Shown here: piece after piece, positions 37,943 to 49,260 of the stretch
How positions within the stretch are numbered: position 1 is the first letter of the stretch
How the letters are laid out: every line of letters starts with the position of its first letter
DNA from: Scyliorhinus canicula
Lineage: Eukaryota
DNA: 64,000 nt
Assembly (NCBI RefSeq): GCF_902713615.1
Contig: NC_052156.1
Location: forward strand, 32,534,776 to 32,598,775
Reading direction: 5' to 3'
Notes under the pieces: generated by a model
Databases searched by the model: none
Told to the model about the DNA's origin: nothing
The model's input: only the letters and a program-made list of their open reading frames with translations
Translations under genes and position numbers: made by a program

Positions 37943-40900
37943 GTAAGAACAGAACACACATTGCTTATATTATTCAAACTGTTGTTTGCAGTTTATTTAC
38001 TTATCAGGATCGAAGTCTATTGTTGCTGTTTCACTTGGCATTATGTATATCTGATTAACACACAACCCACTGGAACTTCTGCAGGGATTGTCCCCACCTC
38101 CTGCTGAAGGTTTGGCAGAAGATCAGTGATAGCCTGGAGAAATGAACATAAATGATGCCTTATGGATCTGGTGATGGGTAGCTTTCACAGCTGTGTTATA
38201 GCAGGAGATATGGAGATTTTGAGCACTCCACAGAGAATTTATCCCAGAAACAGGGGGAGATCAAAGCTCAGGCCAATGCAAGCCTGAGTGGTATTGTTGA
38301 AGGACGTGTGGTCGGGGGAATAATGTGTTTGGGGGGGTGGTGGAGGACGAAACTGGATGCCTCATGGTCGGGGTTGGAGGGTGGGAGAAGAGGGAGGAGA
38401 AATGAGAGACCTGGTAGTAAGAAGAGTTGGGATATCGGGGGCCTCAGGATGCGATTGGAGGCCTTGTCAGGAAGGTTGGGGGGAGAAAGCTACCCAATTG
38501 CGGATGCTGTTCAAGAACACATTCATATTCAGGAGTTAAGTATAAACGCACACACCTTGTGGATCCACCAAGTCCTTATTTGGAGCAAGTTGGGCACCTT
38601 CCAACTTGTTCTCAGACTTTAACATCCACCTCCAAGCCACACCCAGGCATCGCTGGCTCATCACTCCCCATCTCCAACCCCAGCACACATGTCTCTTCTC
38701 CCCATGCCCCTGCAACCCTTGCTTCTCCGTTCCCTCCCACTACTACTCTCTGCTCTTCCACTTGCCCACTTCATTGGCACCTCTGGCCTGCCTTGCCCAT
38801 CCATGCTGGCTTCATCCGACCCCTCCCCACCCCCAATCCCGAGCTCTGTATCATGTTCCAACATACTCCTAATTCACCTCCCCCCCAACAAGGTACAGGG
38901 GAAGAAGGAACAGGGGTTTCTGCTGGTGAATTAGTGAAGAAGAGTTAGAGGAAGGGGATGGAGGTGGTGCTTGGAGCAGGAGAAGAGGTTATCCGGGTCT
39001 TTGTGGAGGACAAGGAAGGCGGAACTGGGTGCTGTTAATGTCCTAGGGATAGACCCTGGCAAGTTTTTTAAACTATTATAAAAACGTTACCGATATTTCA
39101 AAGGTTACAACAATTTTTAAAAAAGGGTCATAACTCTTCAAAAATGCTGAAGAAAATCATTCATTAAAAACTTACCTGACAATGAGGTGGAGACTGACCT
39201 CAAGGGGTTGTGACTTCATGCCTTTGAAGGGGCATGGCTTAGCCGTCAATGCGCTGGAGTCCCTCACTGCTTCTCTTGATGGTAGGTCCTGCTTCACGAG
39301 CATGAGGAAGTTCTCACTGCTGCCTATGGACAAGGTACGTATGGAGTTTGTTGGGCAGTTCGCAGCAAACGCCAAGCTTCAATACTCAAGAGAAAATCGA
39401 TGCCTCTCGCTGCACACCATCCCCATTGCTGTGTTCCTTTTCCAAGCAGTTATGATAAACATTTCTCTCAATCAATTGACTGAACAACTTACAGTTGAGA
39501 AAATTGGGAATGAGTAATGATCGCCTCACAAAAGGAAAACATGTAGCATATCACAGCCAAGTCATTCAATCCTCCTGCGACACAACTTAATTAAAAAGAT
39601 TGTTAAACAAATCAATTTTTATTGTTCTTATGAGACCCCACATTTTATATTTCAATTAATTTGGGAATATTATGAGTGCAGTGGATGTTTTAATACATTT
39701 GAGATGGCTCCCAGCTCTTTAAGTGGTAACTGTTCACTTGAAAATTCACTAAATAAGGATTAATTATAAACACGGTTAATTTAACAGAAATAAAGGTATT
39801 TGTATGAATCCTTGGCTGCATTGGCTTGATTATAAACCTGTTGAAAATTTATTGTAGCAGCTGAACAGTAGTAAAACCAATGGTTAGCTTTGTGTACAGC
39901 TTGCATTGCAGTATAACCTATTTAATAAGAAAAGCACATTTGTAATTTGCATTGATACAAAAGAGTGAAGGAGGTAATCTCTTCACGACTGCTCTAGTAA
40001 AACAAAAATAAATTTGCAATATTGCTGTAATACCAGGTTGATTAATTCCAGGCTGGGTGTTGAAAAATATACAACAGTCTTAAGATGTCTGCCATATGGG
40101 GAATGATTACCAATGGTTCAGTACTTCACAGATTACGAAACAAGAATCAAATGTAGTTAGAAGAGTCTGGATTTGGAGCACCATGTGTGGGTTTTAGCTT
40201 GCACAATAACTGACGAATTTAAACAGATTGACATTTTTATATCGTAGTAGAACTGATTATTACATGAGCTACCATTACTTAATGCAGAAAAATTTTACCT
40301 GGGCTTGCAGCGGGATAGGTCATAAGGTAGAGTGAATTAATTTGAATTGTGGAATCTACCAGCCTACCTATGTGAGAGTAGTTGTTCCAGTCCATGACAA
40401 ATAACTGTGACCTCACGGGTAGGGAAATAAAAATGTTTCCACATTACCCTGGCCACCCATCTGGTTTTAATCATGTTGGCCTTGGTATTACAGCAGTATT
40501 GCAAAATCATTTTACCAAAGAAACTAAGAAGGGATTCATTTGCCTTTGCGTTGTGTACTTCCAACTAAATTCAATTACTGCAAATTGAAAACATGTTTAT
40601 TTTACCGAGTGAGTTACGCCGCAATGCAAATCACAATTCTGTGGTTGTTTCAGCTGCAGAATGAGAAATGCTTTCACTTTTATTTGTACTATAGCACTAT
40701 GAAGTAATTCCCTGTATTGGTTTCTTTCTTCCCAGCACAAGGTCATTAAAAAAAAAAGCAAATTAAGCAAAACAAATCCATAAGCATTTGTCAGCACCTG
40801 CCTTTTGCATAGTTTACATTAGACATGCCATTTGCAGAGTACAGAAAGCCCTTCTCAAAGCCGTACACAATCAGTCCCATGGAAAAATGCTGCCAACATT

Positions 40901-41071
40901 TCCTTATTTTACAAATTACCAAATAAGAATGAAATGTTCTTGAGGTTTAAATATGATTCATGAATATGCCTAAGATAGCTTTTCCAGTATTACCTACTCG
41001 TGCTTAAGGCAAAGGATCAATGAATGCGAGTTGAATGCCTTTTATTTTTATTTTCTGCTTTTCTTTGTCAG

Positions 41072-41101
41072 AACAGCAGCTGTATATAAATCCACAACCA
41101 G
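41072..41101 (+). CDS. Candidate 30-nt in-frame microexon of the fibulin gene (EQQLYINPQP)
   Basis: About 30-nt pyrimidine tract ending tgtcag, donor CAG/gtctgt, phase 1-1, no stop. No homology or transcript support available. Confidence 0.45.
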
Positions 41102-41341
41102 GTCTGTGGCTCACTCTACGCCCAAGCTCATTATTACTGTATTATCTGAAGTTGCTCAGTAAACAGCCTGAACAGATTCTAATGCCAGATGGCTGCTTTC
41201 TGTGTCCTTGCTGACTGTTGCAGTTTTCAGATTTGGAAATAATTGGATTTTTTGTATTGTATTCATTCTTGTTCCGTGTAGGCCTCAATTTACTTATTGA
41301 CTAAATCTGATAAGTTGATTACTTAAGTGTACATTAAAGGC

Positions 41342-42736
41342 GAAAGAAGCCTATGGTCATCTGGGACGATGGCAGCTTGACTTTACTACCACAGTGCATA
41401 CAGATAAACACCGATGTGCGCCTGCGCGTGCAGTATCTCTGCTACGGAATCAAGTTAAAAACTGGTTAATTTGGATTTTATATGTGCGGAAAAAGTTACC
41501 GTCGGAATAACATTGGGGCTGCAGCACCTGAAATGGAAGCCTCGATAGACTTTACAGTCTGTTGCGTTTAGTTTCTAAAACACAGCCTGACCCACGACCT
41601 TATCTTTTACAGTCCATTTAGTCTGACTCGTAGTGTTCAATGTCAGACTGTAATGTGTTTAAAAAGTACCCAACTGCTGACTCGGAACTGCACAAAAGCT
41701 CTATTTGAAACTAAGAATAATATGTGAATCGTGCAAAAGCTGTGTAGCATGTGCAGAGAGGCTTTTAGCATTCAGTCAGTATGCTGTTTATGCAATGTGC
41801 CCACCTGAAAGCATAGACAACTGAGGACTGGCTCCTCCATCACTAATGCACCTTTACCTATTTTTAAATACTAGCTTTGATATGATTTATCAACTATACA
41901 GCTCAGACATAAATGTATATTTGTAAGTTTAGAAATGAAAAACACGAGAGTCAATATTTTAACTTTGTGACAGTTGTGCTTTGTAATGTTTTCCTGCAGA
42001 TATTAATGAGTGTTTGTTGGCGTCCCAGAACTGCAAATTTGGGGAAATCTGTATTAATACAATTGGTTCCTTTAGATGCCAGAAAACGATTGTTTGTGGA
42101 ACAGGCTATGAACAAATGGATGATCAGTGCCAAGGTTTGAAATAAGTACTTTGACGTTTAACTTTCTTAAATCTGTTGACTTTTTTTCTTGAATGCAAAA
42201 ATATGTTCACGGTGTGTGCTAACGTAACGGTTATTTACAGGATTAATAATCCAGAGCCTTGGACAAATAATGCAAATATTTGAGTTTGCTCCCATTTGTC
42301 AAATTGAGAATTTCCATTAAGTTTAAAGGTATTATCTTATTGCCGTGTGACCTAGAACACTACACTACTTGGAGGAATCACTGGGGATACCAACAATGTA
42401 CTCCAGGGACTGTAATACCCATCACTAACAGTAGCTTGATGGTATCACCACTGCTCGAGTAAGGATAGAGTTCCCAGACGTGGGGGACAAACAGGAGAAT
42501 AAATCTAGTTGACTCATTAACCTACCTGTTGCAAGTACGTCTGTCAATGACAACATCGGTAGGGTGGTAACTGTGCTGTTCTTCTGGAGACCATGGCCTG
42601 TTTTCACATTGAAGTCACCACCATCATGTTGTGTGCACTCCTAAGGTTAAATCAACCAGTCAGCTCACCCCCTCAACGGTGAAAGAAGCCTATGGTCATC
42701 TGGGACTATGGCAGCTTTACTTTACTACCACGGTGC
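41342..42736 (+). repeat. 56-bp direct repeat pair (41342-41397 and 42681-42736) bracketing the EGF4 exon
   Basis: Three mismatches in 56 bp. Confidence 0.9.
42000..42134 (+). CDS. FBLN2: Fibulin-2-like exon: cbEGF4 ([45 protein letters not shown])
   Basis: Acceptor ttttcctgcag and donor G/gtttga. 135 nt, phase 1-1. cbEGF consensus. Confidence 0.93.
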
Positions 42737-43019
42737 TGAATAGGATAGACTGAGACAAAAATTAGGAGCCCAAAGCTGGATATCTATTGTTACAACCAGT
42801 TGAGAAGGGATGAACTGGCTCCCCTCTGTTACACATGGGTTTCAAGGGGAACAAAACGGTTAAGTGTGCTTTGATTTTGATTGTTCTTGAGGCGTACATT
42901 TTAACCTCTGCAGCCGATTTAGGTTAGCTGGTTTCTTGGATGCGGTAAGATGTTGCAATTATGCCTTTCAGGTTACCGGAAGCTTTCTGACATTCCTCTG
43001 TCCCTACCACTTTTGCTTT

Positions 43020-44738
43020 ATTTAAAGTTACATTTATTGAGGTTTTATATTTTAACAAGCAATGCAAAAACCCCCAGGAATGGTGCATCACCACAAGAAA
43101 ATGTGACGGCACAGCCTATGGGAATACAGAGGGGCGAGGGAGAACAATAGTACAACCAGGTCAATACAATCATTCAACATCATTTGATACCTCTAAAAGC
43201 CCCACCAGAGAAGAAGGGAGATCTGCCTAAAGCCACGAGAATATTGTGAAATGGTGCACACCTTCTCACGCGGCGATTGCTCGCAATTACCACGAGAGTT
43301 CAGGATAAATATTTTGCGCCATGTTCGGGCGCGCACCAATATACAACTCCCTCAACTCCAGCACCACCAGAGACACCAATGACGCATTGCCACCTCCTTC
43401 CCTCAGATACCAGGCCTGGATGTACCCCGGCAGGATTCAATCATGGAGTCTTTCTACCCACCCATAAAATACAACAAAGAAATTTGTGAGAACCCCAGTT
43501 ATAAAAGGAAATTACATATACACCACACAACGTAACATAACCCCAGTCTCCGACCCAGTACAGAACCAACTTTATTCCACAAATTATACAGAGAAGACCA
43601 GCAGTTATATCTTCGATTGTGATCAATGCTGTCAGCATCTCCAAACAAAAGGGACAGAGAACTACCAGGAGTGGATCACAGGATAACAAAACCCAACCGT
43701 ACAGAACTCTGCTCAACCCTTGGCAGCTGTGCACAGAAAAGTTCACTCAGGACGTCTCAAATGAGGGAACTCCTGGTGGACCACACAACCAAACCAGGAT
43801 TCATAACAGCACGATACTCACCCTGAAGAAAATGCCCAAATGAGAAAGAGAAAAAACTGCTCAGTCAAAAAATAAATTAAAAAGCACCTCGACCACAAGG
43901 GGAGCAACAGGATATCAACCAGAGTGCAGGACTCAACTTAACTCCTCGCCCCCGTGCACAGAAAAGTCCTCTCAGGACGTCCCTTACAAGGGACATGGCA
44001 GGACCATCAAAACCTTCTCAGGATTGCTTGAGGATTCAACAAACGCAGCACCTTCACTTCGACCACAGACCTCAAAGACTGGATGCATCATGCTCCGTCG
44101 AACCTGATACAACCAGCCTCCAAACCTGAGTTACTAAAGCATGACAGCCAGTATTCAAATTCAGTCAGGAGCTCACTTCCAGCCAGAAACCAGACACATG
44201 GAGACTCTTTGCCTGGCCCTTGCCTCCCGAATCAGTCAGGATACGCGACATGCAATGCAGCAGGATCTCAACGGACTGAAGGTGGACCCTTGCCAAGGAA
44301 AGTGCTCTATAAAATGCATGGATTCTCTCCTGCGCCTCCACCATTCTGTCAAGGATACTTTGCGGTTCCTCGAGTTGAGAACCAAAGACTTGCGACACTG
44401 GCTGAGATCATCATCCAGAACAATACTCCGAGGCAGTCATCATCCCAATGCCCACTGCACTGTCGAAGCTCAGGCCCACTCATCAGCTCAACGCCACTGC
44501 AAGCTGGGCCCACCCCAGCGCACTCCAACTGCCTCAATCACACGAGGATTCTTTGATTTAGCTCGGCTCCACATTGCAAAACTCCAGTCAGGATTACCCA
44601 GGGACATATGACCAAGCATATGTCCCTAAAAAAGACAGTTCCGAAATATGCACAGGGATAAAGTAAAGGATTAAAAGATGAGCAAAGCCAGAGCTCGCAA
44701 AAATGCAGCTGCTCCCACGCTCACATCACGTGACCCCC
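43020..44738 (-). mobile_element. L1-clade-like element of about 1.7 kb with a decayed ORF1-like region and no visible RT (HAL1-like)
   Basis: 5' end GGGGGTCACGTGATG. LDRMVEAQERI...LTDSGGKGQAKSLHVSG resembles the L1 ORF1 coiled-coil/RRM junction. AATAAA at 43033-43038. Imperfect TSD C(C/T)ACTTTT(T)GCTTT. Confidence 0.55.
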
Positions 44739-45066
44739 TTCTACTTTTTGCTTTTTTCCGTACTGTAATCTGGGACAAGCTTGCGGCAGAACCCACACAT
44801 TATTAAAATTCTGTTTTCCTGATTTTTTTGAATGAGTACAAGTACTACTGCTTGTAACCTCTGCAGCTGTGATATTATTTTTTCATGTTGACACAACATA
44901 GCCGTGGCTTTTTCCTGCGGTATGGGGTGTCAGTTAGTTTATTTCCCCAAGCTTCTTTGTACTCTGCATGGGCCACTGGACCATGCATTTAGAGGTTCAG
45001 CCAGTATTGGTAGCACATAGTCTTCTGGCTGAAAGTTTCAGGCCTTGGCATGTTTGTCTACTAGTT

Positions 45067-45500
45067 CAGGGTTTTTCAAACTCAGGGTCGCGACCTGCAG
45101 TTGGGTCACGGGCGGGTGTCGGGAGGGTCGTGGAGTGATCGGTTGTGACGTTCCCGATCGTGGGAAGAAGTCCCCAATGGCATCGACCGGTTGTAAAGTT
45201 TGCCGGCTGCAGGCAGTCCCCGACTGGTTTCTGCGTTTGAGGGGGTGGGGCGGCGCTAGGCTGGGCTGTGTGCTGGTCACTGCGCTTGCGCCGGCTGGTG
45301 GGGACAGGGGCTGTTGGGCATCCAAGTGGGTGCGCAATGCTAACGGTGGTGACCCCAGCTTGGAGCTCCAATCTAGTGCTCCTGCTCTGCGCACTGCTCG
45401 GCTTCTCTCCCGCCACCTCTGGGCAGAATGTGACCTGCAGCTCAGTGGTCAAGCTGTTCAATGGCCAGCACAATGTCTGCTGGTGCTCCCACGTGAAGTA
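45067..45500. mobile_element. hAT-like non-autonomous element, left end only
   Basis: Starts CAGGGTTTTTCAAACT...GGGTCGCGACC, as in hAT-Charlie-type termini. Right end not found. Confidence 0.45.
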
Positions 45501-45799
45501 CTGGTCGGGAAGTGGTCAGCAGTCTGTGACTGAGGTGGATGCAGCTACTGGACAGTAAAGGGGAAGCCAGGCCAGGTTTGTCAGTCAGAAATACCGATCA
45601 AACAAGGCCAGTCAATACAGCTGGCACATGTCAACACTGGAAGAAACCAAGTCATCACTTTGCATCCCCACTCTCTGGAAACCAGGAAGTCAGAGCTTTT
45701 GGTGAGAATGGAGCAGGAGGTGACTTGGATGTTTGGATAGTGCAATGCAGTGGAACTAATAAGAAGTATTGTGACATTGGGCCCGGTCCTCCCCAAAAA

Positions 45800-47090
45800 T
45801 TTTAAAGTTCATTTGTGGTGGACTTTTCAGGGCGTTTCCTGCCGGTGAGTTCACCACCGCTTTTCAATCACACTTAGTCACTTTTTTGGGCCCTGGGGTG
45901 TTTCTCACCGGTTTAGCCCATGATTAGAATATTTTTAGCACTGGGAAGCTGAGCTCAGAGATCGGGCCGCCATTTTGAAAGGGTTCCCCGATCTCTAATT
46001 GAGCTTGTACAACCCCCCACCCATGGGCAATGTCACTCCCCACACACATGGACACTACCCCACACCCCAAGTGAGGACGCCCCGCTATGGGGTTCCTGGG
46101 TCCCCCCCCTCTTCAGGCCCCCCCAAGCGCCCTTACAGCACCCCCTCCAAGCCCCCTTACAGCACCCCCTCCCTTCCAGGACCTGCACCCAACACCCCCA
46201 ATCTTCCCGGAGGACCCTACTTACCTGCCCTGCACTCGCCCACCCTTCAAAGCCCCCCTCCATCCTCATTTCATGGGTATGGGCCCCTTGCCCCTGGCCC
46301 TTGGCATTGCCACCCTGGCACTTGGGCACCCTTGCCCTGCCATGCTGGCAACCAGGCTGTCCTCCTGCTGGCTTGGCAGTGCCATCTGGGCACCTTGACA
46401 GTGCCAGGGTGGCAGTGCCAAGGTGCCAGCTGGGCATTGCCAAGGTACCCACGATCCAGGGGGAGGGCCATGGAGCCTCCCTGCACTTACCCTGACAACC
46501 CCGGGGTCTTCAGTGGCCCGGGTGACTCCGCGGGTGCTATTCCCCCTGGTCCATGTTTGTGTGGACCAGCACTGATCGGTGCCTGGCTGCAGCCTCCCTG
46601 CGGAGGCTGGTGACTCAAAGGAGATGATTGGATCCTGCGCAGGTAGGGCGTTAGTAGGTTTACAACCTACTTCCATGAGCATCATTCGGTCATGCCCATT
46701 TGGGACGCGTTTTCTCCAAGACATCGGAGAATCCCGGAAGGCAGGGAGGCTGTTGGGAGGCTCGCTGGAGGGCTTTCCCGAGTTTCTCCGGCTGCATCGC
46801 ACTCAAGGGAGAGCCCAACGCAGCCGGAGATTCACGCCCCCGGCCCGCCCCCCCCCCCCCCCCCCCCCCCCCCCCGACTGTGGTGGTGCTGGACACAGTC
46901 CGCAGCCGCCACGTGAGGTCCCCGAACATTGTGAGCACGCGCATCTCGCCATCGGGGACGTGCAGCGTACGCTGTTTTTGAGGGCCGGAGCATCGCAAAA
47001 ATGGTGCCGCCCCTCATTCTGGCGTAAACGGGAATTCTCCAGCCGATCGCTGAACATGATTTCGGCATCGACGATCGGAGAATCCCTCCC
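45800..47090. mobile_element. GC-rich MITE complex with an internal 24-bp tandem duplication (about 46120-46170)
   Basis: Ends CGGAGAATCCCTCCC. GGCAC/GTGCC repeats. CCAAGC.CCCTTACAGCACCCCCT occurs twice. Confidence 0.65.
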
Positions 47091-47269
47091 ACAGTTTGTA
47101 AAGTAAAAACACAATTGTACTTTTTTCTATATTTGTTTGTGGAACGACGGAGACTTTCCACCAGAGGCAGTGACAGAGAGAAAGTCACGCGCCTGGCACG
47201 TGCACTGATGCCACACGCCCTGCATGTCCGTGCTTTGGATGCAAAATCAGGGAGCAGAGATTTCTCCAT

Positions 47270-48085
47270 TTTGAGAATGGTTCCCCAAAAGCCAGCCTGG
47301 GAATCATAGGTGCAGGTTCCATTTCAGACTGGGGTTTTACCACAACCTGGAAGGTGTGACAGGTCCTGCAAAGCCTTACTACACTCCTGTGGAGCTGTGG
47401 CCAGTAAAAATGCTGCTGAAGTGGGCTTGGAGTTTTGCACACACTGACATGCCCGGCCATCGTGACTTCATGTGCCAGCCTTAATATTTCCCGGAGGGCA
47501 CTTATCATAGAATCATAGAATTTACAGTGCAGAAGGAGGCCATTCGGCCCATGGAAAGGGCACCCTACCTAAGCCCACTCCTCCACCCTATCCCCATAAC
47601 CCAGTAACTCTATCTACCCTTTTTGGACACTAAGGGCAATTTAGCATGGCCAATCCACCTAACCTGCACATCTTTGGACTGTGGGAGGAAACCAGAGCAC
47701 TCGGAGGAAATCCACACAGACACGGGGAGAACATGCTGACTCCGCACAGACAGTGACCCAAGCCGGGAATCGAACCTGGGACCCTGGAGCTGTGAAGCAA
47801 TTGTGCTAACCACTATGCTACCGTGCCACCCTTCAGTGGCACCAGTCTCTGGTGGATCACTGCCTACTTCTCAGGTCTGTGAAGAGGTCTCCACTGCCTC
47901 ATCAGCACCTTAGTTTTAATGTTTAAGGGTTGCCTCGACCTCAACTTCAGCCTGGGCAGCCTGAAATCACTTTTTTAACACAGAAAACAAGGAAGACCAT
48001 TTGCTAGACTCCCAACAAAGTCAGGAAAAATGCCCGGCACTTTCTCCAGCTGCTGTTCTGTCTTCCTGACCTCGGTCGGCTACTG
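47270..48085 (-). mobile_element. Gypsy LTR-retrotransposon pol fragment (integrase zinc-binding region) interrupted by a V-SINE
   Basis: EILRLAHEVTMAGHVSVCKT...HFYWPQLHRSVVRLCRTCHTFQVVVKP is the integrase H2C2 motif. Confidence 0.8.
47506..47831 (-). mobile_element. Full V-SINE with CR1-type tail
   Basis: Matches 23239-23555. Confidence 0.9.
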
Positions 48086-48183
48086 CGAGACTAGCCGGCA
48101 TCAACACTTAGTCTCAGGGACGGAGAATCCTGCCCCATATTTTCAAAAAAAATAAAAGGATGTCGCCTCATGACACCAGAAGC

Positions 48184-49260
48184 TTTTTTTTTTAGCATGT
48201 GCAGTAATTGCTACGCCAGGCTGCAGCTTCTGTGGTGGCTGAATGGAGCTCTCTGAGACCTCTGCTGAATTTTGTCAGAGGGCAGTCTGCAATGATATGA
48301 GTCCTTGATTGGGGTTCATCAGAGATGTAGTCTAGACTCCCTACGAGGCCCCACTTGTGCCGGTTGGCTGCAGAAAGCCCTTGGCCAGGGCAGGAACAGC
48401 TAAGGAGTGCCCAGTGTTGGTGTGGCAGGCTGAAAGCGGGTGGGCGGGCTGTGGGATCTGTGATGAGGAAGTTGTTTTTTACGGTGGCGTGTTGGTTCCA
48501 TTCCTGCTGCCACAGGGCCTCTACTGTTATTTCTGGTACGGTGGGCTGGCACATGGGAGGTGAGCAGCAGGTGGTTTGGTAAGGTCTTTGTGTAGCGGCA
48601 GGCTTCAGTTGATGTAAACCTTCTCCTCCAGGAGCTTTCTTGTTGCAATCTCCCTCCTTGTGCGAGGAGGCGGGATGTTGCTCAGGACTGTGAGCTGGGG
48701 GAGTTGAGTCATCGGAGGGTACCTGAGATGATAAGCATTGTTGGGTTGAGCTGGGTGTGGGATGAGTTGTACTGTACGAGTGCGCAGTGCTCTGCAGCCA
48801 GGTAGACAATAGCAAGAGCTGAGATTCTTAACCTGTTGGTGGCTTTGCAACATCATTGTTTAGTGTTGGCTTTAGAATGTCCAAGACTGAGAGAGCAGTT
48901 ATCATCAGCATCGATGGACTTCTGAGACAGAGTTGGAGGCAGCTAGTTGCTATGGAGATTGAAAAGAGTTAGTGCTGGGACAGATCCCTGGGGAAGCCCA
49001 TTAGACTGCATCCTCCAGCTGTGTGTCTCATCACCCACCATCTCATGTGCACCTTGAACTGTCGCTACCTCAGAGTAATAGCTTGATGGCGTTGCAGATT
49101 ATCATCACAATCTATAACCTCTTGACCCAGCAAATCTCTCGCTCCCCCACCATCATCAAGCAAGGTGACCGACACTTGTTCCAAGAGGAGTGAGATGGAC
49201 ATGTCCAGAACAGCATCTGGCGTAACTGGAAATGAGCTGCTCACCTGGTGAAGCTGCAGC
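48184..49260 (-). mobile_element. Degraded Vingi/Ingi-like non-LTR retrotransposon, 3' part
   Basis: GLPQGSVPA.TLFNL at about 48960-49005. C-terminus WQQEW...TDPT..PP.FSLP...W.LL...GQG...N.HKWG...HII.DCPLTKF..GL.ELH....A..W. A-tail at 48184-48193. Confidence 0.65.

Noticed and set aside
41077-41091. E-box plus TATA box (CAGCTGTATATAAA) as an internal promoter
   Set aside because: It lies exactly between a strong acceptor and a donor, so the microexon reading explains the context better. Such short motifs are common in AT-rich DNA.
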